Shown: in pieces, positions 26,374 to 36,119 of the stretch | Numbering within the stretch: the stretch's first letter is position 1 | How the letters are laid out: each line of letters opens with the position of its first letter | Assembly: GCA_020059745.1 (NCBI GenBank) | Contig: JAGVBK010000004.1 | Span: 100,797-164,796, forward strand | Source: Candidatus Shapirobacteria bacterium | GTDB taxonomy: Bacteria > Patescibacteriota > Microgenomatia > UM-FILTER-40-11 | DNA length: 64,000 nucleotides | Reading direction: 5' to 3' | The notes under the pieces: model-generated | The model's database searches: none | What the model saw: only the letters and a program-made list of their open reading frames with translations | Told to the model about the DNA's origin: nothing | Translations under genes and position numbers: made by a program

Positions 26374-28086
26374 TTACTTTTGCATTATATTAAAAAGAGC
26401 TGACTTTAAACTGATTGCGCCCGGCGCTCTTAAGTTAAAGACATGCTTAAATTCCTCGCCGGTGAATTCCTTTCTTCCTTTGTCTGTATCAATGTAAACC
26501 TTAGAGGTATAACCATCATTTGAATAGAAAACTTCGACATTATTGATTTTTGCAACCGGGCCGCCGTGTTTTGACGCTTCGGCTGCCATTTTATCCTTGC
26601 TCCAGCCTTCCTGGTCATAAAGACACCGGTCAGTAGGAAAGATGCCGCTCACATCGCCGCCGTTTGAATAAATAAGAGCAGCGTTAACAATGTCAGCAAA
26701 CTCCGTCTCGGTTAGCCAGGGGTGGCTTCTTCCGCATGTCTGGGCCGAGCGTGTTTTGTACCAAGCTTTGTAAAACCAAGGAGACTCTGCCACTTTTTCA
26801 TAAGCCTGGCTGGTCCAACCGCTTCTGCCATTAGACGTATCCCAGAGCCCGGGGGTTGTATGGCCATTGTGGGAATAAGAATAGGTATAACCGCCCGCAG
26901 TTGAGGCATACCAAGCAGAAAAAGGTTTACCGCCGGCAACCAGAACCCAACCCCTGGTGGCATTAACCGCTTCGTCCCATTTGCCGCCTTTATTGGCTGG
27001 TTTGTAAACTTGACAGGATTCAGTCGCACAAATTGAGCCTGCACCATTATTTGTATAGGCCAGGGCATAAGAACGGGCTGCCACTGCCTGGGCCTTAAGA
27101 GCCTCAAATCCACCTTTATCCCCCCACGAAGTAGGCATTTCATAAATTCTTTTAACATAAGTTTCTATATCAACCGTTCCGTAACCCTGAACAGTAATAT
27201 TAATTCCGGTTGAATAATCCTTTTTAAGCTCTACCCCACCATAGTAGGCACGAAGAATCTCTTCTGCTGATTGCCCGGATTTTGCCCGACCGTAAGCGCC
27301 GTACTGGCTCATTCCTTTGCGGTGCGGAGCACCAAAAGAAAAGGCAGCAAAAGCAGGCGAAAAACCAGGGTTATAGTCAGGCCGTGAAGCCGGATCATCA
27401 GCCAAAGGCACATCACCAACAGAAGTAGAAAAACCGCCTTCTTTCATGGCCAAAAGCTCTTTTTGTTTTGCTTTTATCTTGGCAAAAAATCCCTCTGTTT
27501 TTTCAACCTCCCCTTCTAAAAATTCAACTTGTTTGCTTGCCTGTGCTTTAAGCGAAGACAGAGAAGCCTGGTTCTTTTTCAAAGACTCTTTATCGTTTTT
27601 TAAAGTCACCAGTTTTTGGGAAATTGAAGTAATTATCTGCCAATCCTGCTGGGCAGCAGTGCGGCGCAAGGCAAGGCCCTGGCTAAAATCTGAAACAGAT
27701 TTTGAGGAAAGAAGCAAAGTTAAAATATTAAACTCCCTTTCTCTTTTATACATTTCTCTTAGCCTGGCAGATAAAAGTTCTTCCTGGTCTCCCAAGTCTT
27801 CTTCTCTAACTTTAATTTCTTTTTCTGTTTCTTTGAATTGCCTGTCCAGACTTGCCAGTCTGGCATTAAAAGAAGCAAGCTGTTTTTTGTATGTTTCCAG
27901 GTCGGTTTTATTTTTTTCGTGAGCATCTTTTCTGGCATCATACTCACGCTGAAGCTCGGCAACTTGGCAGTCCCAATCAGTTGCCGGACAACCCTGGGCC
28001 TTAACGGAAAAGCTAATAAAGAAAGCGGTTGCCAGTAATCCTAAAAAAAAGAGCAAAAATAACCTTAGCTTATTATGAAGAGACAT
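26374..28086 (-). CDS. SpoIID/LytB-domain protein with an N-terminal coiled coil
   Basis: Signal peptide, a long coiled coil, then the SpoIID/LytB signature GFEALKAQAVAARSYAL. Confidence 0.6.
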   Translation of the reverse strand: MSLHNKLRLFLLFFLGLLATAFFISFSVKAQGCPATDWDCQVAELQREYDARKDAHEKNKTDLETYKKQLASFNARLASLDRQFKETEKEIKVREEDLGDQEELLSARLREMYKREREFNILTLLLSSKSVSDFSQGLALRRTAAQQDWQIITSISQKLVTLKNDKESLKKNQASLSSLKAQASKQVEFLEGEVEKTEGFFAKIKAKQKELLAMKEGGFSTSVGDVPLADDPASRPDYNPGFSPAFAAFSFGAPHRKGMSQYGAYGRAKSGQSAEEILRAYYGGVELKKDYSTGINITVQGYGTVDIETYVKRIYEMPTSWGDKGGFEALKAQAVAARSYALAYTNNGAGSICATESCQVYKPANKGGKWDEAVNATRGWVLVAGGKPFSAWYASTAGGYTYSYSHNGHTTPGLWDTSNGRSGWTSQAYEKVAESPWFYKAWYKTRSAQTCGRSHPWLTETEFADIVNAALIYSNGGDVSGIFPTDRCLYDQEGWSKDKMAAEASKHGGPVAKINNVEVFYSNDGYTSKVYIDTDKGRKEFTGEEFKHVFNLRAPGAISLKSALFNIMQK

Positions 28087-28143
28087 ATTCTAATTTTACC
28101 ATCTTTATATATTTAAGCTTAATTATGGTATCATTAACATGCT

Positions 28144-28539
28144 ATGTTTAGGAAAGCAAAGAAAACATTAATGACCTTAGTTGGTCTTTTTTTCTTTTTT
28201 ACCCAAACAGCAACAACTGCCTTTGCCGGCTGTCAGGATAACGAGGTAAGAACCGCACTTGGCTGTATTCCGGTCGGGTCAGAAGTTGGTAGCCTTAACG
28301 AGTTTGTTGGATGGATAATTGGAAGGGCTATCTTTGTGGGCTCAGGAATCGCTTTCTTACTTATGGTCCTTGGCAGTTTCCAAATTTTAACTTCAGCAGG
28401 AAACCCCGAAAAGGCAAGAGCGGGAAAAGAAGTTTTAACCAGCGCAGTAAGTGGCCTTTTGTTTATAATATTTTCAATATTCTTACTAAGATTAGTCGGC
28501 GTGGACATACTCCACATCCCAGGCCTTGGGGCTAACTAA
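28144..28539 (+). CDS. TrbC/VirB2-like (T4SS_pilin family) pilin paralog 1
   Basis: Signal/TM segment, then a helical hairpin with the shared motif SAGNPEKA...SAVSGLLFIIFSIFLLRLVGVDIL. Confidence 0.55.
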   Translation: MFRKAKKTLMTLVGLFFFFTQTATTAFAGCQDNEVRTALGCIPVGSEVGSLNEFVGWIIGRAIFVGSGIAFLLMVLGSFQILTSAGNPEKARAGKEVLTSAVSGLLFIIFSIFLLRLVGVDILHIPGLGAN

Positions 28540-28888
28540 AAAACTAGTTATGAAAACAGAACTGGCACAAGTTGATTTTGAAGTAATCCAAAACTATATT
28601 CCTGGATTAAAATCAGAATTTGGAATAGATAATAACGAACCTGCTGCCCAAATAGTTTTTAATCTTATTGACAGAATCCTTCCTGTTGTTTTTATTATTG
28701 CAGGACTCCTTCTCTTCTTTTACCTTATTGCCGCAGGGTTTCAGATGATGACCTCGCCCGGCGACGAAAAAGCTGCTGCTTCCGCAAAAGCGAAGATTAC
28801 CAATGCCTTGGCTGGGTTTTTAATTCTTTTTGTTTCTTTTTGGCTAGTGAAGCTTTTGGGGTATATCTTAGGGCTTGATTTAATCTAA
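28526..28888 (+). CDS. TrbC/VirB2-like pilin paralog 2
   Basis: Shared motif MTSPGDEKAAASAKAKITNALAGFLILFVSFWLVKLLGYILGLDL. Confidence 0.55.
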   Translation: MGLTKKLVMKTELAQVDFEVIQNYIPGLKSEFGIDNNEPAAQIVFNLIDRILPVVFIIAGLLLFFYLIAAGFQMMTSPGDEKAAASAKAKITNALAGFLILFVSFWLVKLLGYILGLDLI

Positions 28889-29593
28889 TTACTTGCCAAA
28901 CCTTCTTTGTCTTCTTTGGTATTCCAAAATTGCCCTATCAAGCTCTTTTGGACCAAAGTCCGGCCATAAGGTGTCGGTAAAATAAAGCTCAGAGTAAGAA
29001 AGCTGCCACAAAAGGAAATTTGAAAGCCTAACCTCTCCTCCTGTTCTTATAATTAAGTCGGGGTCGGGCTGGCCGTTGGTGTAAAGGTGTTTAGAAACCA
29101 GCTCCTCATTTACTTTGTCAGCCGGAACGCCTTCTTTGATAATTTCTTTTATTGCTCTCACAATCTCGTCCCTTCCGCCGTAGTTTAAAGCTAAGTTAAC
29201 CTTTATTCTTTCGTTTTTTAAAACAATTTTAAGCATTTCGCTGATTGCCCGGGCTACTCTTCGCGGAAAAGCCTGAAAATTACCTAAAACAAAAAGTTTT
29301 ATCCCTTCTTTTTCATAGTCTTCTTTTTTTTCTTTGACAATTCTTAAAAGCAAGTCAAAAATGCCGGCAACTTCTTTGGTGGTTCTTTTGCGCCAATTTT
29401 CCGTTGACAAGGTGTAAACCGTCAGGTTCTTTACTCCTAATTCTTTGCACCTTTCCACAATTCTATCAAGATTTCTGGCGCCTTCTTCATGACCTTTATT
29501 GGCGTCTAAATCTCTTTTATCCGCCCAGCGCCTGTTCCCGTCCATAATTATGGCAATGTGGTGAGGTATTGCTTTTTTGTCAATTTTTTCCAT
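28889..29593 (-). CDS. uppS: Undecaprenyl diphosphate synthase (isoprenyl transferase)
   Basis: HIAIIMDGNRRWA and the C-terminal RTGGEVRLSNFLLWQ. Confidence 0.9.
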   Translation of the reverse strand: MEKIDKKAIPHHIAIIMDGNRRWADKRDLDANKGHEEGARNLDRIVERCKELGVKNLTVYTLSTENWRKRTTKEVAGIFDLLLRIVKEKKEDYEKEGIKLFVLGNFQAFPRRVARAISEMLKIVLKNERIKVNLALNYGGRDEIVRAIKEIIKEGVPADKVNEELVSKHLYTNGQPDPDLIIRTGGEVRLSNFLLWQLSYSELYFTDTLWPDFGPKELDRAILEYQRRQRRFGK

Positions 29594-29644
29594 TTTTTCC
29601 CTTGCAAGAAAAAAATTTTAACACCAAGCTCTCAAAGCACAACT

Positions 29645-30712
29645 TTAATAATCACGATGAAGAACAAAGTCAACGGCAAGTCTTAAGTTTTTTCTGGCAG
29701 GATTATTTTCTAAAAACAAAAGTTCATTGTCAAAGTATTCTTTTGCTTCTTCGGCGAGGTTTTCAGCAATATTCTGAGCATAACTAAGGCTGCCATAACT
29801 TTTCATCATCTCAATTACCTTTAAAACCTCTTTTTCTGTTTTTTCCTCCTTGTTTTTTTCTAAAATTACTTTGAGCTTTTCTTTATCCTTTTTTTTAGCT
29901 GCCTTTAGCAGGTGCATTAACATTAAAGTTCTTTTGCCTTCAATTATATCGCTTCCTTTTTGCTTTTTAAGACCCTTAAAATCAGAAGTTAGATCAAGAA
30001 GGTCGTCTTTAATCTGAAAACACCGCCCCAAAAGCTGGCCAAAGAAGTAAAGCTTTTTTAGCTCGTTTTTATCTGCATTCCCGATAATGGCTCCAAGCCT
30101 CATTGGTCCGGCAATGGTGTAGTAGGAGGTTTTACCGTCAAGAATTAAAAAAATATCTTCATTCTCTAACTCAGTTTTATTCTCTTTTGCCCATTTTATT
30201 TCCACGGTCTGGCCAAAAGTAGTTCTTTTTAGCATTTGGTAAAACTCACAAGCAACTTCTTCTGCTTTTTTAGGGCCCAAAACTTTGGTGTTATCCCAAA
30301 GCATTTTCCACATTAAAACATGAAGGCTGTCGCCGGCATTAATAGCCAACTCTTTTCCATAAATCCTGTGCAAGGCAGGCGCTCCCCTTCTTTGCAAAGA
30401 ATCATCCTCAAAATCGTCATGGATAAGAATCCAATCTTCAGAGGTCTGCATGGCCGCAGCTGTTTTCAAGGCCGTTTTTTCCTGTGCCCCCATTGCTTCA
30501 GCTGTTAAAAGAAGCAAAGTGGGTCTTATGTATTTTCCTCTTCTTTCGGGATATGCAGAAGTAATTTCCCTATGGAAAGAAAGAAGGTCTTTATATTTTT
30601 CAGCAATTTCTGGGTTTTCTGGAAAGAAATTAAGGTCAGACAAATACTTTTCAATCTCTTTCCAAACAAATTCTTTTTTTTCTTTTAAGACCTCTTCAAA
30701 AGCACTTGGCAT
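29645..30712 (-). CDS. Trans-polyprenyl diphosphate synthase (IspA/IspB family)
   Basis: First DDxxD in LIHDDFEDD, second in FQIKDDLLD. Confidence 0.85.
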   Translation of the reverse strand: MPSAFEEVLKEKKEFVWKEIEKYLSDLNFFPENPEIAEKYKDLLSFHREITSAYPERRGKYIRPTLLLLTAEAMGAQEKTALKTAAAMQTSEDWILIHDDFEDDSLQRRGAPALHRIYGKELAINAGDSLHVLMWKMLWDNTKVLGPKKAEEVACEFYQMLKRTTFGQTVEIKWAKENKTELENEDIFLILDGKTSYYTIAGPMRLGAIIGNADKNELKKLYFFGQLLGRCFQIKDDLLDLTSDFKGLKKQKGSDIIEGKRTLMLMHLLKAAKKKDKEKLKVILEKNKEEKTEKEVLKVIEMMKSYGSLSYAQNIAENLAEEAKEYFDNELLFLENNPARKNLRLAVDFVLHRDY

Positions 30713-30752
30713 AAGTAGCTAATTTTAGCATTTAGTTGCAATCTGTTTTTGC

Positions 30753-31124
30753 TTGTTGTTTAATCAATTAAAAGAGTTTATAAAAATGAAAAAGCTTCTT
30801 TCAGTAAATATCGGTGAACAATGGTTAATAAGTCCGGACAAAACAATAGCCGAGGCTGAACAATTTGATTCCCCAGGTGCCCTTATCTCGATTATTTTAA
30901 AAAATGTCTATACGCTTGCCGGAATTCTTCTTTTGGTTTTATTGATTTTCGGTGGCATTTCCATTATCATAGGCGCAGGTGAAAACGATCCAAAAAGGGC
31001 AGCTCAAGGCAAAAAAACAATCATTACTGCCCTAACCGGATTTTTAGTTATTTTTACCAGTTATTGGATAATACAATTAATTAGTTATATAACCGGAGTT
31101 CAAATTCTAAACCCATTAATTTAA
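30753..31124 (+). CDS. TrbC/VirB2-like pilin paralog 3
   Basis: GAGENDPKRAAQGKKTIITALTGFLVIFTSYWIIQLISYITGVQIL. Confidence 0.55.
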   Translation: MLFNQLKEFIKMKKLLSVNIGEQWLISPDKTIAEAEQFDSPGALISIILKNVYTLAGILLLVLLIFGGISIIIGAGENDPKRAAQGKKTIITALTGFLVIFTSYWIIQLISYITGVQILNPLI

Positions 31125-31127
31125 AAA

Positions 31128-31487
31128 ATGGCATTACTAGAAGAAGGAACAAGTTTTTTTGGCGATATTGCTGCCCCTCCAGGAGTTGATAAACATGGTG
31201 CGGGCTTTGAAAATGGATTAATGGGCTTTGCCAACACTCTCTTAAAACTTGTCATTCTCGGTGCGGGTCTTTATGCTTTTGTTAACATAATTATCGCTGG
31301 CTATACTTTTCTCGGCGCTGGCGGTGATCCTAAAAAGGTAGAGCAAGCTTGGGCGAAAATCTGGCAATCTTTACTCGGTCTGACCTTTGTGGCAGGCTCG
31401 CTTGTTCTGGCAGGGATCTTTGGCTATTTAGTATTTAAAGATCCCACGGCAATAATTAATCCAAAAATCTATGGTCCAGAAAATTAA
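31128..31487 (+). CDS. TrbC/VirB2-like pilin paralog 4
   Basis: GAGGDPKKVEQAWAKIWQSLLGLTFVAGSLVLAGIFGY. Confidence 0.5.
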   Translation: MALLEEGTSFFGDIAAPPGVDKHGAGFENGLMGFANTLLKLVILGAGLYAFVNIIIAGYTFLGAGGDPKKVEQAWAKIWQSLLGLTFVAGSLVLAGIFGYLVFKDPTAIINPKIYGPEN

Positions 31488-31875
31488 CAAAACCTTCTTG
31501 GCAGCAGGTCCAACTGGAAAACCATTGGGTTCTTTTGAAGGAATCGGACCTTTCGGAACAGGGACCTCCGACTGGTCAGAAACATGCGGCGAGGCCGGCC
31601 AGGCTGGTTGTCTTTTTGCCCAGATACTTTCCTTAATCCTTGGCGTTGTTACAATCATCGCCTTTATCTGGTTTATTATCTCTGTTTTTACCGCTGCTTT
31701 CGGGTTCCTAGCCTCAGGAGGAGATAAAGTTAAAACTCAAAATGCTCAAAAACAACTCACTAATGCTCTTATCGGTCTTGTTTTAATTATTTCTTCGCTC
31801 TTTTTTGTCAAACTGGTGGGAGTGGTTTTTGGAGTTGATGTTCTTTCAATTAATGATTTATTAAACGCCCTATGA
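31471..31875 (+). CDS. TrbC/VirB2-like pilin paralog 5
   Basis: ASGGDKVKTQNAQKQLTNALIGLVLIISSLFFVKLVGVVFGVDVL. Confidence 0.55.
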   Translation: MVQKINKTFLAAGPTGKPLGSFEGIGPFGTGTSDWSETCGEAGQAGCLFAQILSLILGVVTIIAFIWFIISVFTAAFGFLASGGDKVKTQNAQKQLTNALIGLVLIISSLFFVKLVGVVFGVDVLSINDLLNAL

Positions 31876-32216
31876 ACTATACAGATACTGCAGGTAATGC
31901 GGGGAAAATTATAAACCCCATTCTCTCCGATGAGTTAAATGAACTCTCTGGCCAAGCATTTTTCCAGCAATTGGTTAGCACTTTAATTGGATTAGGATTT
32001 GTTGTCGGTGTAATTGTCTTTGTTTTTCTTTTAATTGTCGGAGCAATAAGATGGATTACTTCAAGTGGAGACAAGGCAGCAACCGAAGGGGCGAGAAAAC
32101 AAATTACTAATGCCTTTATAGGCCTTGTGCTTCTTTTTTCTGTTTTTGCTATAATCAGATTGGTAGAAACTATCTTTGGTATTAATATTTTAGAGTTAAC
32201 CATACCAACTCTTTAA
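31872..32216 (+). CDS. TrbC/VirB2-like pilin paralog 6
   Basis: SSGDKAATEGARKQITNAFIGLVLLFSVFAIIRLVETIFGINIL. Confidence 0.55.
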   Translation: MNYTDTAGNAGKIINPILSDELNELSGQAFFQQLVSTLIGLGFVVGVIVFVFLLIVGAIRWITSSGDKAATEGARKQITNAFIGLVLLFSVFAIIRLVETIFGINILELTIPTL

Positions 32217-32227
32217 CCTGAAAGGGG

Positions 32228-32659
32228 GTGAACATGAATAAACTTAGCAAAACACTATTAACTGCTTTTTCTTTTGCAGGCTATGCCATGTTGCTACCTG
32301 CTTCAGTCTTTGCCGAAGATATTAATCTTGGTCCAACTGTTCTGCCAGAAGGTTTTGGAGGAGCCGCTGGAATTACTGTTCAATCTTTTGTTTCAGGAGC
32401 TATAAGATTGCTTTTGGTAGTTGCTGCTTTAGCTTTCTTTTTTATGCTTGTTGTTGGCGGCATTCAGTGGATTTTCTCAGGTGGAGATAAAGCAGCCACG
32501 GAATCAGCTAGAAAGAAAATCACTAACGCTTTAATCGGATTGGCGATTGTTTTTGCCGCTTGGGCAATCGCAGCTTTGATAAAAACTCTTTTTGGGGTTG
32601 ACATTTTAACCTTAGACATTCCGACTTTTACTACAACAGCACCAACTCAGTCCCAATAA
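32228..32659 (+). CDS. TrbC/VirB2-like pilin paralog 7
   Basis: SGGDKAATESARKKITNALIGLAIVFAAWAIAALIKTLFGVDIL. Confidence 0.55.
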   Translation: MNMNKLSKTLLTAFSFAGYAMLLPASVFAEDINLGPTVLPEGFGGAAGITVQSFVSGAIRLLLVVAALAFFFMLVVGGIQWIFSGGDKAATESARKKITNALIGLAIVFAAWAIAALIKTLFGVDILTLDIPTFTTTAPTQSQ

Positions 32660-32746
32660 AGAAGTTTCCGTATTTTGAGAATAAAGCACCGGGAAACCGG
32701 TGCTTTTTGTAAGTTTATTCTCTCTCTATTTTGTGCTAAACTTTAG

Positions 32747-33166
32747 TTGATGAAAAAAATTGTGTCTTTTTTACTTGCTCTTGCAGTTCTCTTTTCTTTT
32801 TCAAACTCCCTTTTTTGTGCCCAGGCACAGGGAACCGAAGAGTGGAGCGACATTGACCAAAAATGCGTGGTAACGGCTGATGACGGGACAACGGTTGCTA
32901 CCATTCAGGGACTCGAATGCCTTTTTATAAACATTACCCGCATTTTAACTCCAATTTTTGGGATTGCTCTTTTTTTTATGCTTGTTGTTGGCGCTTTTCA
33001 GATGATTACCTCCGGAGGCGATCCCAAACAGGCTCAAAAAGCAAGGCAGACAATTACCTACGCTATTTTTGGGTTGATTGCTTTTGTCGGCGTTTGGTTT
33101 ATTCTGAAGCTAATTTATTTTGTCACCGGTGTTGATGTCACCAAATTTGAAATTCCTAGCCTTTAG
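32747..33166 (+). CDS. TrbC/VirB2-like pilin paralog 8
   Basis: SGGDPKQAQKARQTITYAIFGLIAFVGVWFILKLIYFVTGVDV. Confidence 0.55.
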   Translation: MMKKIVSFLLALAVLFSFSNSLFCAQAQGTEEWSDIDQKCVVTADDGTTVATIQGLECLFINITRILTPIFGIALFFMLVVGAFQMITSGGDPKQAQKARQTITYAIFGLIAFVGVWFILKLIYFVTGVDVTKFEIPSL

Positions 33167-33184
33167 CCCTAGTCCGTTCACAGG

Positions 33185-36118
33185 ATGAAAAAAATATTTA
33201 TTTTCTTTCTGTTTTTAGCCTTCCTTTCTTTTTTAAAACCTGTTTTTGCCTACAGCCAAAACAAAGCAGGAATAAACATTGCCGCCAACCATCACGAACT
33301 TGAAAAAGCAGCTGAAATTGTTGGACCAGGAGGTTGGGTTGTAATCATGGCCTGCCCAAGTGATGGAGATAAAATTGCCAGCTTCATTGCCAGTCATCCG
33401 CAAATAAATGTAGTTGTAAGAGGCCATTTTGCCGGCAATACCCCTAATGCGGATTTAGCTAAATCATGGGCGGCTACACTAGCAAGCATTCCCTCAACAA
33501 ATAAAATCTATTTTGTTCCCTGGAATGAACCAAACCAGGCAGGTACAGCTGATTATGCAACTCCAGAAGAGGTAGTGGGGTTTGTTAGTGACCTAACTTT
33601 AAACTTTCAACAAACTATGGGCAGTTCGTGGAAGAATAAAGTTATTCTCCTCTCTCCGATGATGAACCAAACACATTACAATTTTTCTGATTATGTTCAC
33701 CAAATAAGAGCAGTAAAATCAAGTTTTTTTGGCCAATTTGACGGTATTGCTTTTAGTCTTTATGATCTTTGTGATACTCCCCTTACCTGTGACAGTAAAT
33801 ATCTTAATCCTTTAAAGATCGAGGAAGTGCTAGGAGAAATGGGAGCAACAGGAAAACCAATCTTTGGAATTGAGGCGGGAACGGCTGGTAACAATTTTTA
33901 CTGGAAGATGGCGCCAAGTGCCGGTTCACCCTTGTTTCAGTTTGTTGACAGTTATCTTGACAGGTCTCCAGGATCAGTGAAGATGTTTGCAATTCCCTCT
34001 TATGACCTAGCTGGTGAAGTTGGTCATTCCTGGAGCCTTTTTGACCCTCCTGATGTTGCAAATCTTTTAAGGAGTGCCCCCGACGGGGGCACAACTTCTG
34101 CTTCGGGGGTTAGTCAAAATATCACCATGAAGAAATGTCCTGGCCGAAACTATACCTTTTACGAAAACAGTGAAAGCGAATGCATTGAGTGCGGCGGGAG
34201 CGGCTATTCACTTTTGTCTTGTTTGCCACTTTCGGGAGAAGAATACGGAGAGGAATATAGTAAAGAAACTTTAAAAATTTCAGAAACAGTTGGTTATCAA
34301 AACGACTGTACAACTGTAAATTTTACCGGAAAACTTTCCGCCTCAAATGTCTCCATTCCTTTTGCCAGAAACCTTAACCTCTTTTTCATTGGTCCTTATA
34401 TGGACAACCTGGCTGCCCGAGTGGCAAAACAAAACCCAAACCCAATAAAAGATTACGGCGTAATCGAAAAGATTGCATCTGTAGAACTTCAAGATGATCT
34501 CAGGCTTAAATTTCTTTCAGAAATAACCAACGGCCACCCCACTCGCTATTCTGGTTTTAATATCCAAGGAGTTGGAGCAAACGAACTGGCTTCAAGATTT
34601 AAGAGCATTGATAAAAAAAGAAAAGAAAGAAGAAGATTAACTGAAAATGAAGAAATATTTCTTAAAAAAATTTGGCCACAGGTTCCTCTTTTTGCCAACG
34701 AAGAAACAGACGGCGAAATCATTTTTGAGGGAAGCGGTATAAGCGGCTCAATTAAAACCTCAATACCGGAAGTTTACCGTCTTGATAAAGTTACCCAGCT
34801 TATTGCCCAAATGTTGGGACTGAAAAATAACCACGTTGCCGGCGAACAGGTAATAAATCCGCAGGTCTTAGCCAAAGATTGTGAGAAAACACCTAATCTT
34901 CCGAAAATTGTTAGCGATAAAGAAACTCTTAGCGGCCCTTCAGACCCTGTCTGTACGGATAATAACCTTCAGGAAAATCCTCAAGAAATAATTGAGGGAG
35001 AAAGAACTTATGACCACTCAGACTTTGATACAAGAAATATGGGAGGTTGTGAAGGTAAACCTCCAAATGGCTGTTGCGGAACCGGAGGAAAATGCTTACC
35101 TAAAGGAGACTTAGCCATTCCCGGAGTTTGTTCAGCCGGAGAGTGTGATTGTAAAAGCTGTGATTCTGAGGATTTTTGCTATTCAGGAAGCCATTATCCG
35201 GGATGTGAAGTGCCAAAGCCAGAAAAGACCTTCGATATTGATATTAGTATTAAAAACAGGGTTCCTTTTTTAAAAAGAATTTCAGAAAACACCGTTGGTC
35301 CAAATGGAATTTTCAGAATTTTTGTTCCTCTAAATGAGGACTCTTCCTCTGCAAATAGAATAATCAGCCACGCCTTTCGCGAAGTTGCCGGTGAATCAAA
35401 AGCAAGCCTTGAAATGGACAATTTTCAGGTTAAATCAGCCGTTGGAGTTGAAATCGATCCAGAAAGTAGTCAGGATTTAATCACCTTGCTTTTTCACAAG
35501 CTTGGAACTGTATTTAACGCTAAAAACTTAGTCGCTGGAATGGAACTTTGGCCCTTTGGGCAAGGAGGAACCGTAGCCAACCCTGACCCATTTAGTCCAG
35601 CAGTCTCGGATATCACTAATTTCGAGACCCTTTTTGAAACCATAGGAAACACAATCGGGGTGCCTCCAAAAATTCTGGCTGCGATCATGCAAATCGAAAG
35701 TCCAAGCACCTACAACCTTACTGCTGAACAAATCAACACCTATTCCCAACCAGAAGTTATTATGCCTGGTTGTGGTCCTAACGAGTGTTCGGCTACCGGA
35801 CCGATGCAAATGACAACGGGGATTGATCGCAACGGAAGCCCTTCTTGCTCAGAATGTTGTTGGAAAGGAAAGTGTCTTACTGAATGCCCAAACCAATGGT
35901 CTGTTTACGGACAAGGAAACCCTTGTAACTTAGCTGATAATATTACTGCTGCAGCAAAAAAATTAAAACATGATAGTGGTGCAACCTCAATGGATTGGAC
36001 AAGAGAGCAAGTTTACGAAGCTGCCTACCACTATTACGGCAATTGCACAGTTGCTTATGAAAGATTGGGAAACAGAACCTATTGTGAATTTGTCTGGTGG
36101 TATTACACGGCAAGATAA
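33185..36118 (+). CDS. Large secreted multidomain cell-wall hydrolase with an N-terminal TIM-barrel glycoside-hydrolase-like domain (NEP motif), a Cys-rich middle and a C-terminal lytic-transglycosylase (SLT)-like domain
   Basis: Signal peptide. FVPWNEPNQ resembles the GH5-type NEP catalytic motif. The C-terminal ILAAIMQIESPSTY...GPMQM matches the SLT ES...Q pattern. Many CxxC clusters. Confidence 0.5.
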   Translation: MKKIFIFFLFLAFLSFLKPVFAYSQNKAGINIAANHHELEKAAEIVGPGGWVVIMACPSDGDKIASFIASHPQINVVVRGHFAGNTPNADLAKSWAATLASIPSTNKIYFVPWNEPNQAGTADYATPEEVVGFVSDLTLNFQQTMGSSWKNKVILLSPMMNQTHYNFSDYVHQIRAVKSSFFGQFDGIAFSLYDLCDTPLTCDSKYLNPLKIEEVLGEMGATGKPIFGIEAGTAGNNFYWKMAPSAGSPLFQFVDSYLDRSPGSVKMFAIPSYDLAGEVGHSWSLFDPPDVANLLRSAPDGGTTSASGVSQNITMKKCPGRNYTFYENSESECIECGGSGYSLLSCLPLSGEEYGEEYSKETLKISETVGYQNDCTTVNFTGKLSASNVSIPFARNLNLFFIGPYMDNLAARVAKQNPNPIKDYGVIEKIASVELQDDLRLKFLSEITNGHPTRYSGFNIQGVGANELASRFKSIDKKRKERRRLTENEEIFLKKIWPQVPLFANEETDGEIIFEGSGISGSIKTSIPEVYRLDKVTQLIAQMLGLKNNHVAGEQVINPQVLAKDCEKTPNLPKIVSDKETLSGPSDPVCTDNNLQENPQEIIEGERTYDHSDFDTRNMGGCEGKPPNGCCGTGGKCLPKGDLAIPGVCSAGECDCKSCDSEDFCYSGSHYPGCEVPKPEKTFDIDISIKNRVPFLKRISENTVGPNGIFRIFVPLNEDSSSANRIISHAFREVAGESKASLEMDNFQVKSAVGVEIDPESSQDLITLLFHKLGTVFNAKNLVAGMELWPFGQGGTVANPDPFSPAVSDITNFETLFETIGNTIGVPPKILAAIMQIESPSTYNLTAEQINTYSQPEVIMPGCGPNECSATGPMQMTTGIDRNGSPSCSECCWKGKCLTECPNQWSVYGQGNPCNLADNITAAAKKLKHDSGATSMDWTREQVYEAAYHYYGNCTVAYERLGNRTYCEFVWWYYTAR

Positions 36119-36119
36119 A

